From positions 1 through 64,000 of the IMG/VR virus record IMGVR_UViG_3300023180_005138: a stretch of 64,000 bases of DNA; one strand, 5' to 3'. Below are positions 1 to 8,609 of this stretch, piece by piece. The position numbers and the translations under genes were made by a program. The notes under the pieces are model-generated. The model had not been told where the DNA came from and searched no databases. It saw nothing but the letters and a program-made list of their open reading frames with translations. The DNA is from a virus. Positions within the stretch are counted from its first letter, which is position 1. Each line of letters begins with the position of its first letter.

Positions 1-937
1 GACGAGAGATATTTGTCCCTGTCATCATCGTTGCAATGGATGTGGCGATAACATCGTGTCCCTGTAGAACACCAACAGGAGTTGCAACAGGGTTGTCGAT
101 ACCAGATGCAGTTGGGGATAGAATTACGATCTTACCTTGCACAAATGATTCTTCAGCGTTCAGATCAATATCTGCAAGACTCATTGTTTTGGTTTTGTAT
201 TGGAAGTCAATCCAGATAGACCCATTTGCATCCGTAATGATTTTAGAGAACTTTGGAATACGAAGTGCCTCGACACCAGCCTCTGCGCTTGCCTTCATCT
301 GGTAGGATGGATCACCCGCTGCAACTCGTAGAGTTTCTAGTGAGATGGATGGAAAGAGTTGGTTGTTGATTTGCACTACAAGGGGAAGTCTACGAAGAAC
401 ACCATCTGCCTCTGGTGGACTACTCATCATACCCACACCAGCCGCAGCATCACCGATTATCTTAACTGGTCCAACAGCAGAATTGTATTCGTAAATCCAG
501 TTAGTCCAAGGGGGTTCCTCTCCGTTACCACCAATAACTGCTACACCTCTAGGAACTGGATTACCCTTTGCCTCATTGGCTGGTATCTGACCGATAACTA
601 CAGGAAAGGCAACAATTGATTTAGCAAAATCTAAATCCTTGCCACCACGGTCTGGTTGTGAAAATAGAATAGGCATTACGACCATACCAGCACCAGCGTC
701 AAAGAGTTTCTTTACTTCTCTTTGCATAATCTCGCGGGGCCAAGGCCATTGACCATTTTTATCCATAGTTTTATTATCAATTTCGACAGTAACGATGTCT
801 TCTAAGATAACGGTTTCTTGATTTTGCTGATGAATATCCAGCGCTTTCATTCTTACAGCTTCTAGTATCCACGGGTCCATATAACGAACACCACAGATAA
901 CTAGAAGCGTAAGAACTGTAATAGTCCATTTTTTCAT
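1..937 (-). CDS. CHASE2-domain membrane sensor, N-terminal part (probably adenylate/guanylate cyclase; catalytic part lies beyond window start)
   Basis: Not in ORF track because it runs off the edge. Hand translation from ATG 937 (SD AAGGA) is open to position 1: MKKWTITVLTLLVICGVRYMDPW...GQWPWPRE...DGVLRRLPL...GKIVIL...TPVGVLQGHDVIATSIATMMTG. These are CHASE2 hallmark motifs. Confidence 0.85.
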   Translation of the reverse strand, partial: MKKWTITVLTLLVICGVRYMDPWILEAVRMKALDIHQQNQETVILEDIVTVEIDNKTMDKNGQWPWPREIMQREVKKLFDAGAGMVVMPILFSQPDRGGKDLDFAKSIVAFPVVIGQIPANEAKGNPVPRGVAVIGGNGEEPPWTNWIYEYNSAVGPVKIIGDAAAGVGMMSSPPEADGVLRRLPLVVQINNQLFPSISLETLRVAAGDPSYQMKASAEAGVEALRIPKFSKIITDANGSIWIDFQYKTKTMSLADIDLNAEESFVQGKIVILSPTASGIDNPVATPVGVLQGHDVIATSIATMMTGTNISR

Positions 938-948
938 TAAGCAGTTCC

Positions 949-2916
949 TTAAAACATAATTTTACCTACTAAAGAAGCTCTATTAATTGTTATATCTTCG
1001 TGAGTAACTCTACCTAGTATAACACTAATTGAGCTTGATTTACTTAAATTATATCCTACTCCGACTTCTGCTGTCAACCACTTATCTGTTGTATAAGAAA
1101 ATTGCCCGTGTAGGTCAATATCTTCAATAGAGGTCATAAGTCTAACACCGCCTTCAATATACTTTTCAGTCTCATCTACTGCTTCGATATCTCTAGCCGT
1201 GAGGTAGAAACCCGTTTCGTCTACGGCATCCACAGTGTGTTTCCCGTATGAACCACCAATGAATGGAATAATGTTCTCAGTTGCTTTGACGTAGATCCTG
1301 CCATTTACCCACATGTCTTTACCTTCTGTCTTGCTCTCATTAATCATCTCACCGCTAAATGGGATATATGAAGCGTATGGAAGACCTCTACCTGCATGGT
1401 AGTCGTTCTTACTGTAGTTTGCTGATACAGTCGCAATCATCATGTCTGATTCAGCCGTCACACCGATTGACCCATGAATCTTCTCGATTCCGCCCTCAGA
1501 CACTTCACCTGTCATCTCAGAACCAACTTTGTTCACAGAGACAATAGCCTTGACGTTATTGATTGGTGTGTTGATGACACCAGTTATACCAAAGCCCTTT
1601 GTTGTAGCATCATAGTCATTGGCTAGTGTGATCTTATCATAGTTACCATTGATGAAGAACTCACCGATCTCATTCTTTGCTCCGCCTTTTCTCCAAGGAT
1701 CATAAGTTAGGCCTCTGTTAATGCTCTTATTGATTTCATCTAGGACTTCGTACTGGTCGATTCTCCCGCTAACTGCTGGAAAATTCTCTGTAGTAGTTGT
1801 CACATCACCTGTTGATCCGTCTGAGTAGATGTCAGTAGAGGCAGTGTATAAAACGGTTGAAACAGATTGAACAGAACCATCAGCTGCTATATCAAAGTGT
1901 TTCAAAGAGGATGAAGTTGAACCGACAACTGTTGGTGCAGCAGTTCCACCAGACTCAGCAGCATCAGTAGCAGAACCAATGTCTGTTAGCTCGCCCGTAA
2001 GGATGCTCGTATCACCACCGGCGGCACCACTATCAACTGCTGTTTCAGCTGCGTCAAATGCACTTGGTCCAAAGATATATGCATAGTTTGCTGTGATGAT
2101 ATCACCCGCACTTACACCTGACCATACCCATGATAGACCAATCGTATCATCGCCTTGACCATAATTCAATGCATTACCGTCACCGTCCGTATACACCGTT
2201 CCGTTATAGCCATCAGCCTGCGTAGACCAGTTATTTACACCGGCGGTTACGTTAGTATTTGTAGTGTAAAGACCTAAGGCATAACGTGAGCTAAGTGCTT
2301 CAGAGAACGCAACGTTTGTTGTTGGGATTGCACCATAACCAATAACGTTATCCGTCGCTGAGCTGTCGCCGTCTGCCGCTCTTGCATCTGGATCAATGAA
2401 TCTTGCAAACCAAACAGTATGAGCATCGCTGCCTGCCGTAATTTGACTTGTGGTATCAATGAATTGTGATGTTGTACCTAGAATGTAAGTATTAGTGATT
2501 AACCAAGTCCCACCGTTATGAGTCCAACTACCGTTCCAAGTTAAACTATTCTCAGCGTCGGTAAGAGCACCTGTGCCTGTAATGTCAGTACCACCTCCGT
2601 TATTGTTGGTGTAGTTTGTCGCAGTACCACCGTCAGTGTCCAGAATCTTTACAGAGAAACCATCGAATGGTGATCCTGGGGTGAGATAGTCATATGAGGT
2701 ATTGAATGTACCTGTTCCTGTAGAATCATACAATAGACCTGGGCTTGTATTTCCACCAGATCCTAGAGTACCAGATGTTCCATTGACACCAGCTTTTACA
2801 TAGCTGTTCTCAAGAACGCCCATACCGGATGTTGTTGTACTTAAACTTGAAGTGTCTGCCCATGCTGGGACTGATAATAGTGTAGCAATTGCTACGCTAA
2901 AGATAATGCGTTTCAT
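949..2916 (-). CDS. Secreted Ser/Thr/Gly-rich protein with C-terminal outer-membrane beta-barrel (autotransporter/adhesin-like)
   Basis: Signal peptide (...PAWA/D), S/T/G/D-rich passenger, last ~270 aa with alternating beta-strand pattern ending in terminal Phe (VGKIMF); SD AGGAGG. Confidence 0.7.
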   Translation of the reverse strand: MKRIIFSVAIATLLSVPAWADTSSLSTTTSGMGVLENSYVKAGVNGTSGTLGSGGNTSPGLLYDSTGTGTFNTSYDYLTPGSPFDGFSVKILDTDGGTATNYTNNNGGGTDITGTGALTDAENSLTWNGSWTHNGGTWLITNTYILGTTSQFIDTTSQITAGSDAHTVWFARFIDPDARAADGDSSATDNVIGYGAIPTTNVAFSEALSSRYALGLYTTNTNVTAGVNNWSTQADGYNGTVYTDGDGNALNYGQGDDTIGLSWVWSGVSAGDIITANYAYIFGPSAFDAAETAVDSGAAGGDTSILTGELTDIGSATDAAESGGTAAPTVVGSTSSSLKHFDIAADGSVQSVSTVLYTASTDIYSDGSTGDVTTTTENFPAVSGRIDQYEVLDEINKSINRGLTYDPWRKGGAKNEIGEFFINGNYDKITLANDYDATTKGFGITGVINTPINNVKAIVSVNKVGSEMTGEVSEGGIEKIHGSIGVTAESDMMIATVSANYSKNDYHAGRGLPYASYIPFSGEMINESKTEGKDMWVNGRIYVKATENIIPFIGGSYGKHTVDAVDETGFYLTARDIEAVDETEKYIEGGVRLMTSIEDIDLHGQFSYTTDKWLTAEVGVGYNLSKSSSISVILGRVTHEDITINRASLVGKIMF

Positions 2917-2972
2917 TTATAGTTCCTCCTTTCCATTACGGATAGTATATTAACTCATTAATTTTCCTTTCT

Positions 2973-3086
2973 TTATGTGCAAATGCTTAAAGCAATTGAC
3001 ATTATTTGTTTAACATTAACATTAGCTGGAAAGCTAATTACTGCTAAACATATTAATAATAAAATTAACCAATATTCAGGTTTCAT
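2973..3086 (-). CDS. Small hydrophobic protein (37 aa)
   Basis: Hand-found: MKPEYWLILLLICLAVISFPANVNVKQIMSIALSICT; ATGA overlap with upstream curlin stop. Confidence 0.4.
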   Translation of the reverse strand: MKPEYWLILLLICLAVISFPANVNVKQIMSIALSICT

Positions 3087-3883
3087 TGGCCTTGTGTAAC
3101 ACTTACACTACAACCGCCTGTGGTTTGACAGTCTTGCGTCAAACTATATGATTGTGCAGTGCTGCCTTGTTGTAACATATATAGGGATGTGGCATACAAA
3201 CCACTTAATGTAACTGTAGCACTGTGACCAGCATTACCTGTCTGTGCCATATCAACATCATTATTAGAATTATTAATAGTCAAGTTCATTGTCTTATTTT
3301 GGTTGCTGTCTTGTCTCATATAAACATTATTAGAATTACCGTATATACCAACTGTCATACTATGTTCGTGTCCAGAGTTGTTTGCTCGTTGTGCGCCGAG
3401 TAGTATGTTATTTGATCCGTGTATGTCTAATTGTGTAAAGTGTCCACCATACTCGTAACTATCGTAAGAATATGATCCACCAGTTGTTACAGTATATCCT
3501 TGATAAAAATCAACAGTGTTACTGTTGCCTGCGATATGAAACTCAAATCTATCACCACCACACACTGATTGATTACATAATTGTTTTACTGTAAGAGAAT
3601 TGCTATCACCGTCTAGGTCGCCGCCCCATGATGCGCCACTACCCCATGCTGTAGTATATCCAATATAACCATCTTTGCCCTTCTGTTCGATATTAACTGT
3701 GTTATTAGCACCGCCAAAACTAAAGTTAGTTATGTTATCACTACCCTCTACTGATACTGTAATATTGTTTGAGTTACCACTAGTAACTTGATTTATAGTA
3801 ACTGCATTATCCGCAAAAGCCTCAGTTCTGATTAATAACAATAACAGTATCGGAAGCGTTTTCTTGAGTGTGGAGAATGACAT
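3083..3883 (-). CDS. Curlin-like repeat protein (CsgA/CsgB-like), secreted
   Basis: Signal peptide; N/Q/G-rich repeats (GSNN, QxG, NxVxxxQ); SD AAGGAGGT; sits in csgG-csgF cluster. Confidence 0.7.
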   Translation of the reverse strand: MSFSTLKKTLPILLLLLIRTEAFADNAVTINQVTSGNSNNITVSVEGSDNITNFSFGGANNTVNIEQKGKDGYIGYTTAWGSGASWGGDLDGDSNSLTVKQLCNQSVCGGDRFEFHIAGNSNTVDFYQGYTVTTGGSYSYDSYEYGGHFTQLDIHGSNNILLGAQRANNSGHEHSMTVGIYGNSNNVYMRQDSNQNKTMNLTINNSNNDVDMAQTGNAGHSATVTLSGLYATSLYMLQQGSTAQSYSLTQDCQTTGGCSVSVTQGQ

Positions 3884-4892
3884 TATTACCTCCTTGGTTT
3901 AGTTGCATTTGGGTTTGTGAATAATTACCTACTTTTATACTTACTACTTTACCATCTACTTGTCTATATATTTCCCAATTTTCAGAAGCTCCTCCTATAA
4001 TTTGCGTATTTCCTTCTTCATATCTGCCAGGTTTAATAGGATTAGTTGGAAAAGTTTCTGTTTCCGCTAATAGTTTAGCATTTAACATATCAAGTATATT
4101 AGCTAGTAAATCGACATCTAATAAATTAAAATCTAATCTTGTAAAAACTAACTCGTCTTTATCAAGTTCATCATGTTTTAATAAATCAATATCTAATTCA
4201 TTAAAATCTAAAATTCCTTTTTCATTATTACTAGCATCTTCTGTTTTCTTTTCTTTTGGTTTTTTAACTATTAGTAAATTATTTATTTGAGCATCTGTTA
4301 GATCTAGTATAACAGGACGAGTAGGGGATTTTTCAGATGCTCCAACAACAGTAGCCTGATAAGCTTGATTGAGTATTACTTGACCTACATCTGACTCAAC
4401 AGAAATTTGACCCACAGAACCGTCTGCATTGGGCAAGAGTATTATTAAAGATTTACCTATTTCATCTACCGTCATACTAAAAGCAGTACCAAGAACGCCA
4501 ATACGTGCAGTAGGAGTCCTAATAGATACAGACTGTCGGTTATTTTTTGCAATAAGACCGCTAGCATACTTTACTGTTCCTAGTGCTATTTTTAATCCTA
4601 GCTTACTAGAAGTAGGTTTACTAGAATCATATACAAAATCATCAATAATAAGTTTTGAGTGTTTTTCTATTTGAACCTTTGTTTTATCAGTAAAACCAAT
4701 ACCAAGCACACCATTACCTGTACGGATATCATCATTCATCTCCACACCTGTATTTTTCTTTACTTCTAGCTTTGCCTTACTTCTATATAAATCTGCGGGT
4801 CCTGTTTGTTTTTCTACAGAACCAACAGAGGCAAAAGCACTAGTCGCTAACAGTAATAGTAACGGAAGAACTAGAACCATTCGTTGTAACAT
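3822..4892 (-). CDS. FecR-domain periplasmic protein
   Basis: Signal peptide then D.IRTG...F.D.T.V.I...S.L.ID...Y, LGTVKY, IRTPTARIGVLGTAF, typical of FecR/DUF6666-type domains. Confidence 0.8.
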   Translation of the reverse strand: MLQRMVLVLPLLLLLATSAFASVGSVEKQTGPADLYRSKAKLEVKKNTGVEMNDDIRTGNGVLGIGFTDKTKVQIEKHSKLIIDDFVYDSSKPTSSKLGLKIALGTVKYASGLIAKNNRQSVSIRTPTARIGVLGTAFSMTVDEIGKSLIILLPNADGSVGQISVESDVGQVILNQAYQATVVGASEKSPTRPVILDLTDAQINNLLIVKKPKEKKTEDASNNEKGILDFNELDIDLLKHDELDKDELVFTRLDFNLLDVDLLANILDMLNAKLLAETETFPTNPIKPGRYEEGNTQIIGGASENWEIYRQVDGKVVSIKVGNYSQTQMQLNQGGNNVILHTQENASDTVIVINQN

Positions 4893-5544
4893 CTACAGTA
4901 CTCGCTTCTGCTCCAGATTGTGTCACACTAATTGTAGAACTACTACCTGTGTGATTAATTGTAGTATCGTGCTGAGAGGCTCCGCTCTTCGCAACAGTAA
5001 CAGTATTAGTACTACCTGTAATATCTATATCTGTAATTTTATCAGTAACGCTAGCCGCAGTGGAGTTTTCAGTAGCTGTAACAGTATTGCTACCACCATT
5101 AATGTTAATATCCATATTAACATCATCTACTCCAGAAGCTGTTGTACCAATATTAGCACTTACGGTGTTAGAGTTACCACCAGTAGCATTAATATTAAGA
5201 GTTACATCATCGCTCCCACCGTTACTACCTCCGGTAGTTCCAACATTGATATCTACATCTGAAGAGTTACCAGAAACATTAGAGGTAACATTTGCAGAAT
5301 CTCCATAGATATTATAGTCTAATTCGTTACTAGTACCTACCTGATCAATATCTAAAGTAGTAGTAGAACCACTACTACTACTGTCTGTACTGCTAGATCC
5401 GACTCGGTTTCCTGTACCATCTTGGTTAATATTTATTGAAGCAGAAGAACCAGATTGATCAATGTAAATCTCGTTATCTGCTAAAACTATAGTAGGAGTT
5501 ACTAACAAGCCTAATATAATTAATAGTAGCTTACTCCTTTTCAT
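4840..5544 (-). CDS. Curlin-like repeat protein (major subunit candidate), secreted
   Basis: Signal peptide then DNEIYIDQSG...NQDGTGN, DQVGTSN, TQSG repeats; no aromatic-rich globular domain. Confidence 0.72.
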   Translation of the reverse strand: MKRSKLLLIILGLLVTPTIVLADNEIYIDQSGSSASININQDGTGNRVGSSSTDSSSSGSTTTLDIDQVGTSNELDYNIYGDSANVTSNVSGNSSDVDINVGTTGGSNGGSDDVTLNINATGGNSNTVSANIGTTASGVDDVNMDININGGSNTVTATENSTAASVTDKITDIDITGSTNTVTVAKSGASQHDTTINHTGSSSTISVTQSGAEASTVDVTTNGSSSSVTITVSD

Positions 5545-6361
5545 TTTCCTTTCCTCCTGTAGACGCCTTTACCGTCTTATGAGTATAGTCCCAAAGTTTT
5601 TTCCTTCTCCCCTCTTTCACCATCTCAATAACTGCTGTTTCTATTGCTTGTCTAACAGCATAATTTACAGGCTCATTCGTGCTAGTCCCAGCTTCAACCT
5701 CAATTACTTTTGTACCCATATCATAGAACTTAAACACATTTAAGCCTACATTACAACTTAATATTGTTTTTTCGGTTGTAATAGTAAGTAGTACTTCTCC
5801 TGTAAGAACACTAATAACGCGTAATCCTACAGTAACAACGTCCATTCTCCACTCAGTTTGAGGTCCTATCCCTAGTAGTCTAATTCCTGCTCCACCAGTT
5901 TGTTTATTTGAGTCATATCCTACCACACCACCCTCAATCAGTATTCCTGCAAACTTAAGAGGAGATAGCTGTTTTGCTTTCTCTCCCTCAAAACTCTGTC
6001 TGGTGTTTCTAATTAGTTGTCTTTCTTTAATTAACGCCTCAAGACCCCCTCGCTCTACAACTTTAAAAAATTTTCCATCAGATATATCCATTAAGGCTTT
6101 TATTAAATAAACTTCTGCTCCTTGAGTAACTGCGCTACTTAAATTTGCAATATTATCCGCTGGTTTTCTTTGTCCAGTTAAATCTTTAAAACTGTAAACA
6201 GCTACTACCACAGGCTTACCTTTTATAGACGCAAAATCTCTTAATCCTGCTTTAAGAGGAGTAAAAGAAACAGAAGCAGGAGCTGGTTCCAACAAGCCCT
6301 GATGGGTTACGCAACCATTTAAAAATATAGCTAGAACAGCTACTCCTAATATCCGCATCAT
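5531..6361 (-). CDS. csgG: Curli secretion channel lipoprotein CsgG/HfaB family
   Basis: Lipobox LNGC; VAVYSFKDLTGQRKP, SSAVTQGA, FKVVERGGLEALIKERQLIR, EGGVVGYDSN, DVVTVGLR, NEPVNYAVRQAIE. Confidence 0.93.
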   Translation of the reverse strand: MMRILGVAVLAIFLNGCVTHQGLLEPAPASVSFTPLKAGLRDFASIKGKPVVVAVYSFKDLTGQRKPADNIANLSSAVTQGAEVYLIKALMDISDGKFFKVVERGGLEALIKERQLIRNTRQSFEGEKAKQLSPLKFAGILIEGGVVGYDSNKQTGGAGIRLLGIGPQTEWRMDVVTVGLRVISVLTGEVLLTITTEKTILSCNVGLNVFKFYDMGTKVIEVEAGTSTNEPVNYAVRQAIETAVIEMVKEGRRKKLWDYTHKTVKASTGGKENEKE

Positions 6362-6373
6362 ATATATTTCCGC

Positions 6374-6820
6374 CTAAAAACCGAAGCCACTTGTCGGTAT
6401 TTCTACTGTTGTTACAGTTCCATTTGCATCTGTCACTGTCATTCTAATCATATCACCAATCGTCTCATATTGTATTGTATTTCCTAGAATAGTAATTGTT
6501 CCGCTCGACTGTGGGTTTTCCCCAAATAGCTTTTCACTTAACTGTTTACTAAGTTCTGCATAAACTCTACTCTCAAAATTTCTTAAAAACTTATTAATAT
6601 TAGTGTTTTCTGCTTCTCTTTCAGCTTCACGAGCCTCTGATTCTTTTTTTGCTTCTATATCCTTTTTTCTTTGAAAAGTTAAATTTTCTATGGTAAGAAC
6701 ATGAGAACTAAACCCCTGACCGTTAAAAGCCGGAGATTTAAAAGAATGTTTAAGTTCAGAAGCACTACTTGGGCTTACTAGGATGATCAAGGTCATCCAA
6801 ATTATCAATCTTGCCATCAT
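6374..6820 (-). CDS. csgF: Curli assembly protein CsgF
   Basis: Signal peptide then SELKHSFKSPAFNG (CsgF N-terminal FxNPxFxG-like motif), adjacent to csgG. Confidence 0.85.
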   Translation of the reverse strand: MMARLIIWMTLIILVSPSSASELKHSFKSPAFNGQGFSSHVLTIENLTFQRKKDIEAKKESEAREAEREAENTNINKFLRNFESRVYAELSKQLSEKLFGENPQSSGTITILGNTIQYETIGDMIRMTVTDANGTVTTVEIPTSGFGF

Positions 6821-7055
6821 TATCTTTATCTCTTAATTGTAGAATAGTATTTAATTTTTGATTCAATCTAATTAAATCATTATCTAACATTCTAATTTGG
6901 TCAATTAGTTGAATAAGAGTACTTTGAGTTTCTGATATAACAGGTTTTACAATTTTAGTACTCCATGTCCATACATAATAAACAAAATAACCTAATCCCA
7001 TAGCTGCGATAATAGGAAATCCATATTTACTTATAGCATCTGCAATAGCATCCAT
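6765..7055 (-). CDS. Small membrane protein (GFPI family, paralog A; holin candidate)
   Basis: N-terminal TM YGFPIIAAMGLGYFVYYVW, coiled C-terminus with LDNDLIR. Confidence 0.6.
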   Translation of the reverse strand: MDAIADAISKYGFPIIAAMGLGYFVYYVWTWSTKIVKPVISETQSTLIQLIDQIRMLDNDLIRLNQKLNTILQLRDKDNDGKIDNLDDLDHPSKPK

Positions 7056-7070
7056 TATTTTTTTCTCTTT

Positions 7071-7304
7071 TTACTTACAGATTTTCTCACCCTCTTTAAA
7101 CGCTTTTTTTAATTCACAATCTTTACCTGTTACCCCACTAACTACATTATCAGTAAGATTTTTACCTGTCTCAGCTTCAACAGCGGAGTCAACTGCAAAC
7201 CACCCTATAGAACTAAATATTTGAGTGGCTGTTACAGCAGTGCAACCAGTTAAACAAAACATAAATAAAACACTAAGAATTAAATTTTTAGTCCCGTCTA
7301 GCAT
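7071..7304 (-). CDS. Small lipoprotein
   Basis: Lipobox LTGC; start moved to ATG 7304 (SD AAGGA). Confidence 0.6.
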   Translation of the reverse strand: MLDGTKNLILSVLFMFCLTGCTAVTATQIFSSIGWFAVDSAVEAETGKNLTDNVVSGVTGKDCELKKAFKEGEKICK

Positions 7305-7566
7305 CTTCTTTTCCTTGTGCTCTAGCAATTCTTTCTATATCTGGTTTAGTACCTAACGCAGAAGACATTAAAATATCAATTCTAATCAAATCATGATTCA
7401 TTGTTTTAACACGATTATCTAGCGACATAATAATTCCTTGCATAGATTTTACAGATCCCATAACACTAGCTAATATAAATTTCATTGTTGTAAAAACAAA
7501 AAACCCGCTTGCAAGCGCAGCTGCAATCGGAAACCCCACCTCAGAAACTAATTTTAAAAAATCCAT
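7288..7566 (-). CDS. Small membrane protein (GFPI family, paralog B; holin candidate)
   Basis: MDFLKLVSEVGFPIAAALASGFFVF...MNHDLIR; start moved to ATG 7566 (SD GGGAG). Confidence 0.6.
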   Translation of the reverse strand: MDFLKLVSEVGFPIAAALASGFFVFTTMKFILASVMGSVKSMQGIIMSLDNRVKTMNHDLIRIDILMSSALGTKPDIERIARAQGKEDARRD

Positions 7567-7670
7567 TTTTATTACTCCCAATAAAAAAAAACATAGATAT
7601 ACATAATGAGTATATCTATGTTTTAATAAATTTACCAGCAAAATTTTCTTAAAGTAAGTTTTTACTTTGC

Positions 7671-8099
7671 TTACTGCTTATTTTTATCCGTATTATCTTT
7701 TGGTTTTTCAACTTTAGGTTTTATAGCCTCTTCATAATAAACTATAATTTTATCTTGCTGCTGAATATATCTTCTTAACTCAGATAGATTTATTGCTAAA
7801 TCCTCATAATCCCTGACACTAATTGCATAAAAAACAGTATTTCCATTTTCTTTTTCAAAACGTTTTAAAAAATCATTTAAATTCTTCTTCGTTACTACAT
7901 AAAATTTTACATTATTCATAGTAACAGGTTTTGGTTTTGTTTGAATTGGAATTTCGGGTCGTACAATTTTAGTCTGTACAGTCACCTTATCTTCTAAGAA
8001 GCCAGCACAACCTGTTAACGCAAGACTACTTAACAATAGGCTGCTTAGGAATAGCCCCTGTATCTTTTTCGATCTCTTCAAAAACTTTCTTTGTAGCAT
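7671..8099 (-). CDS. Outer-membrane spanin (Rz1-like) lipoprotein
   Basis: Lipobox LTGC, Pro-rich segment (RPEIPIQTKPKP), overlaps i-spanin 3' end; start codon uncertain. Confidence 0.65.
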   Translation of the reverse strand: MLQRKFLKRSKKIQGLFLSSLLLSSLALTGCAGFLEDKVTVQTKIVRPEIPIQTKPKPVTMNNVKFYVVTKKNLNDFLKRFEKENGNTVFYAISVRDYEDLAINLSELRRYIQQQDKIIVYYEEAIKPKVEKPKDNTDKNKQ

Positions 8100-8412
8100 T
8101 ATTAATTTTTCCTTCCACTAAAGCAGGTTTTTTCTCACTGAGAGCAGTGAGATCGTGCTTTCTTAGTTTTTGTCTTAATTCATCTCCATACGCTTCAGAT
8201 TCTTGTAATTGCTTTTGTAACTGAGAGTTTAGTTGAGAAAACTTTTTAGAATCTGCTTGAAGAGTATTGATTGTTTCTTGGTTAGTCTTATTAGCTACTT
8301 CAAGTTTAGCATTATTTTCTGTTAATATCTTAATTCTGGCCTGAGAGTCGTTATAGTACCAATAACCGGCTCCTGCCATTAAAATTATAACTACAATAAG
8401 ATATTTAGACAT
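8026..8412 (-). CDS. Inner-membrane spanin (Rz-like)
   Basis: Single N-terminal TM followed by long coiled coil; near endolysin. Confidence 0.65.
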   Translation of the reverse strand: MSKYLIVVIILMAGAGYWYYNDSQARIKILTENNAKLEVANKTNQETINTLQADSKKFSQLNSQLQKQLQESEAYGDELRQKLRKHDLTALSEKKPALVEGKINNATKKVFEEIEKDTGAIPKQPIVK

Positions 8413-8609
8413 TAATATTCTCTCTTTGTAATTTCTTTATACATCTTTTTTATAAACTTACTAAAAGTATCATCAAAGATAAAAGGAAATACTGCATGAG
8501 TTAGTAGGCATACTCCCGTATAAAAAGATAAAAAAGAAGTAAAAATAGCAAATTTGAAATGTTGCCAATAACTCATTTTTACTTCCTTAAGATGATTAAA
8601 ATTTACCAT
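8412..8609 (-). CDS. Small membrane protein (DUF6356-like)
   Basis: YWQHFKFA...HAVFPFIF motif. Confidence 0.5.
   Translation of the reverse strand: MVNFNHLKEVKMSYWQHFKFAIFTSFLSFYTGVCLLTHAVFPFIFDDTFSKFIKKMYKEITKREY

Noticed and set aside
36-619. Plus-strand ORFs 36..305 and 359..619, and similar antisense/out-of-frame ORFs in the track (e.g. 1359, 4429, 4918, 5060, 10319, 36963, 37091, 50520, 60335)
   Set aside because: Shadow ORFs opposite or inside well-supported genes; no SD or motifs
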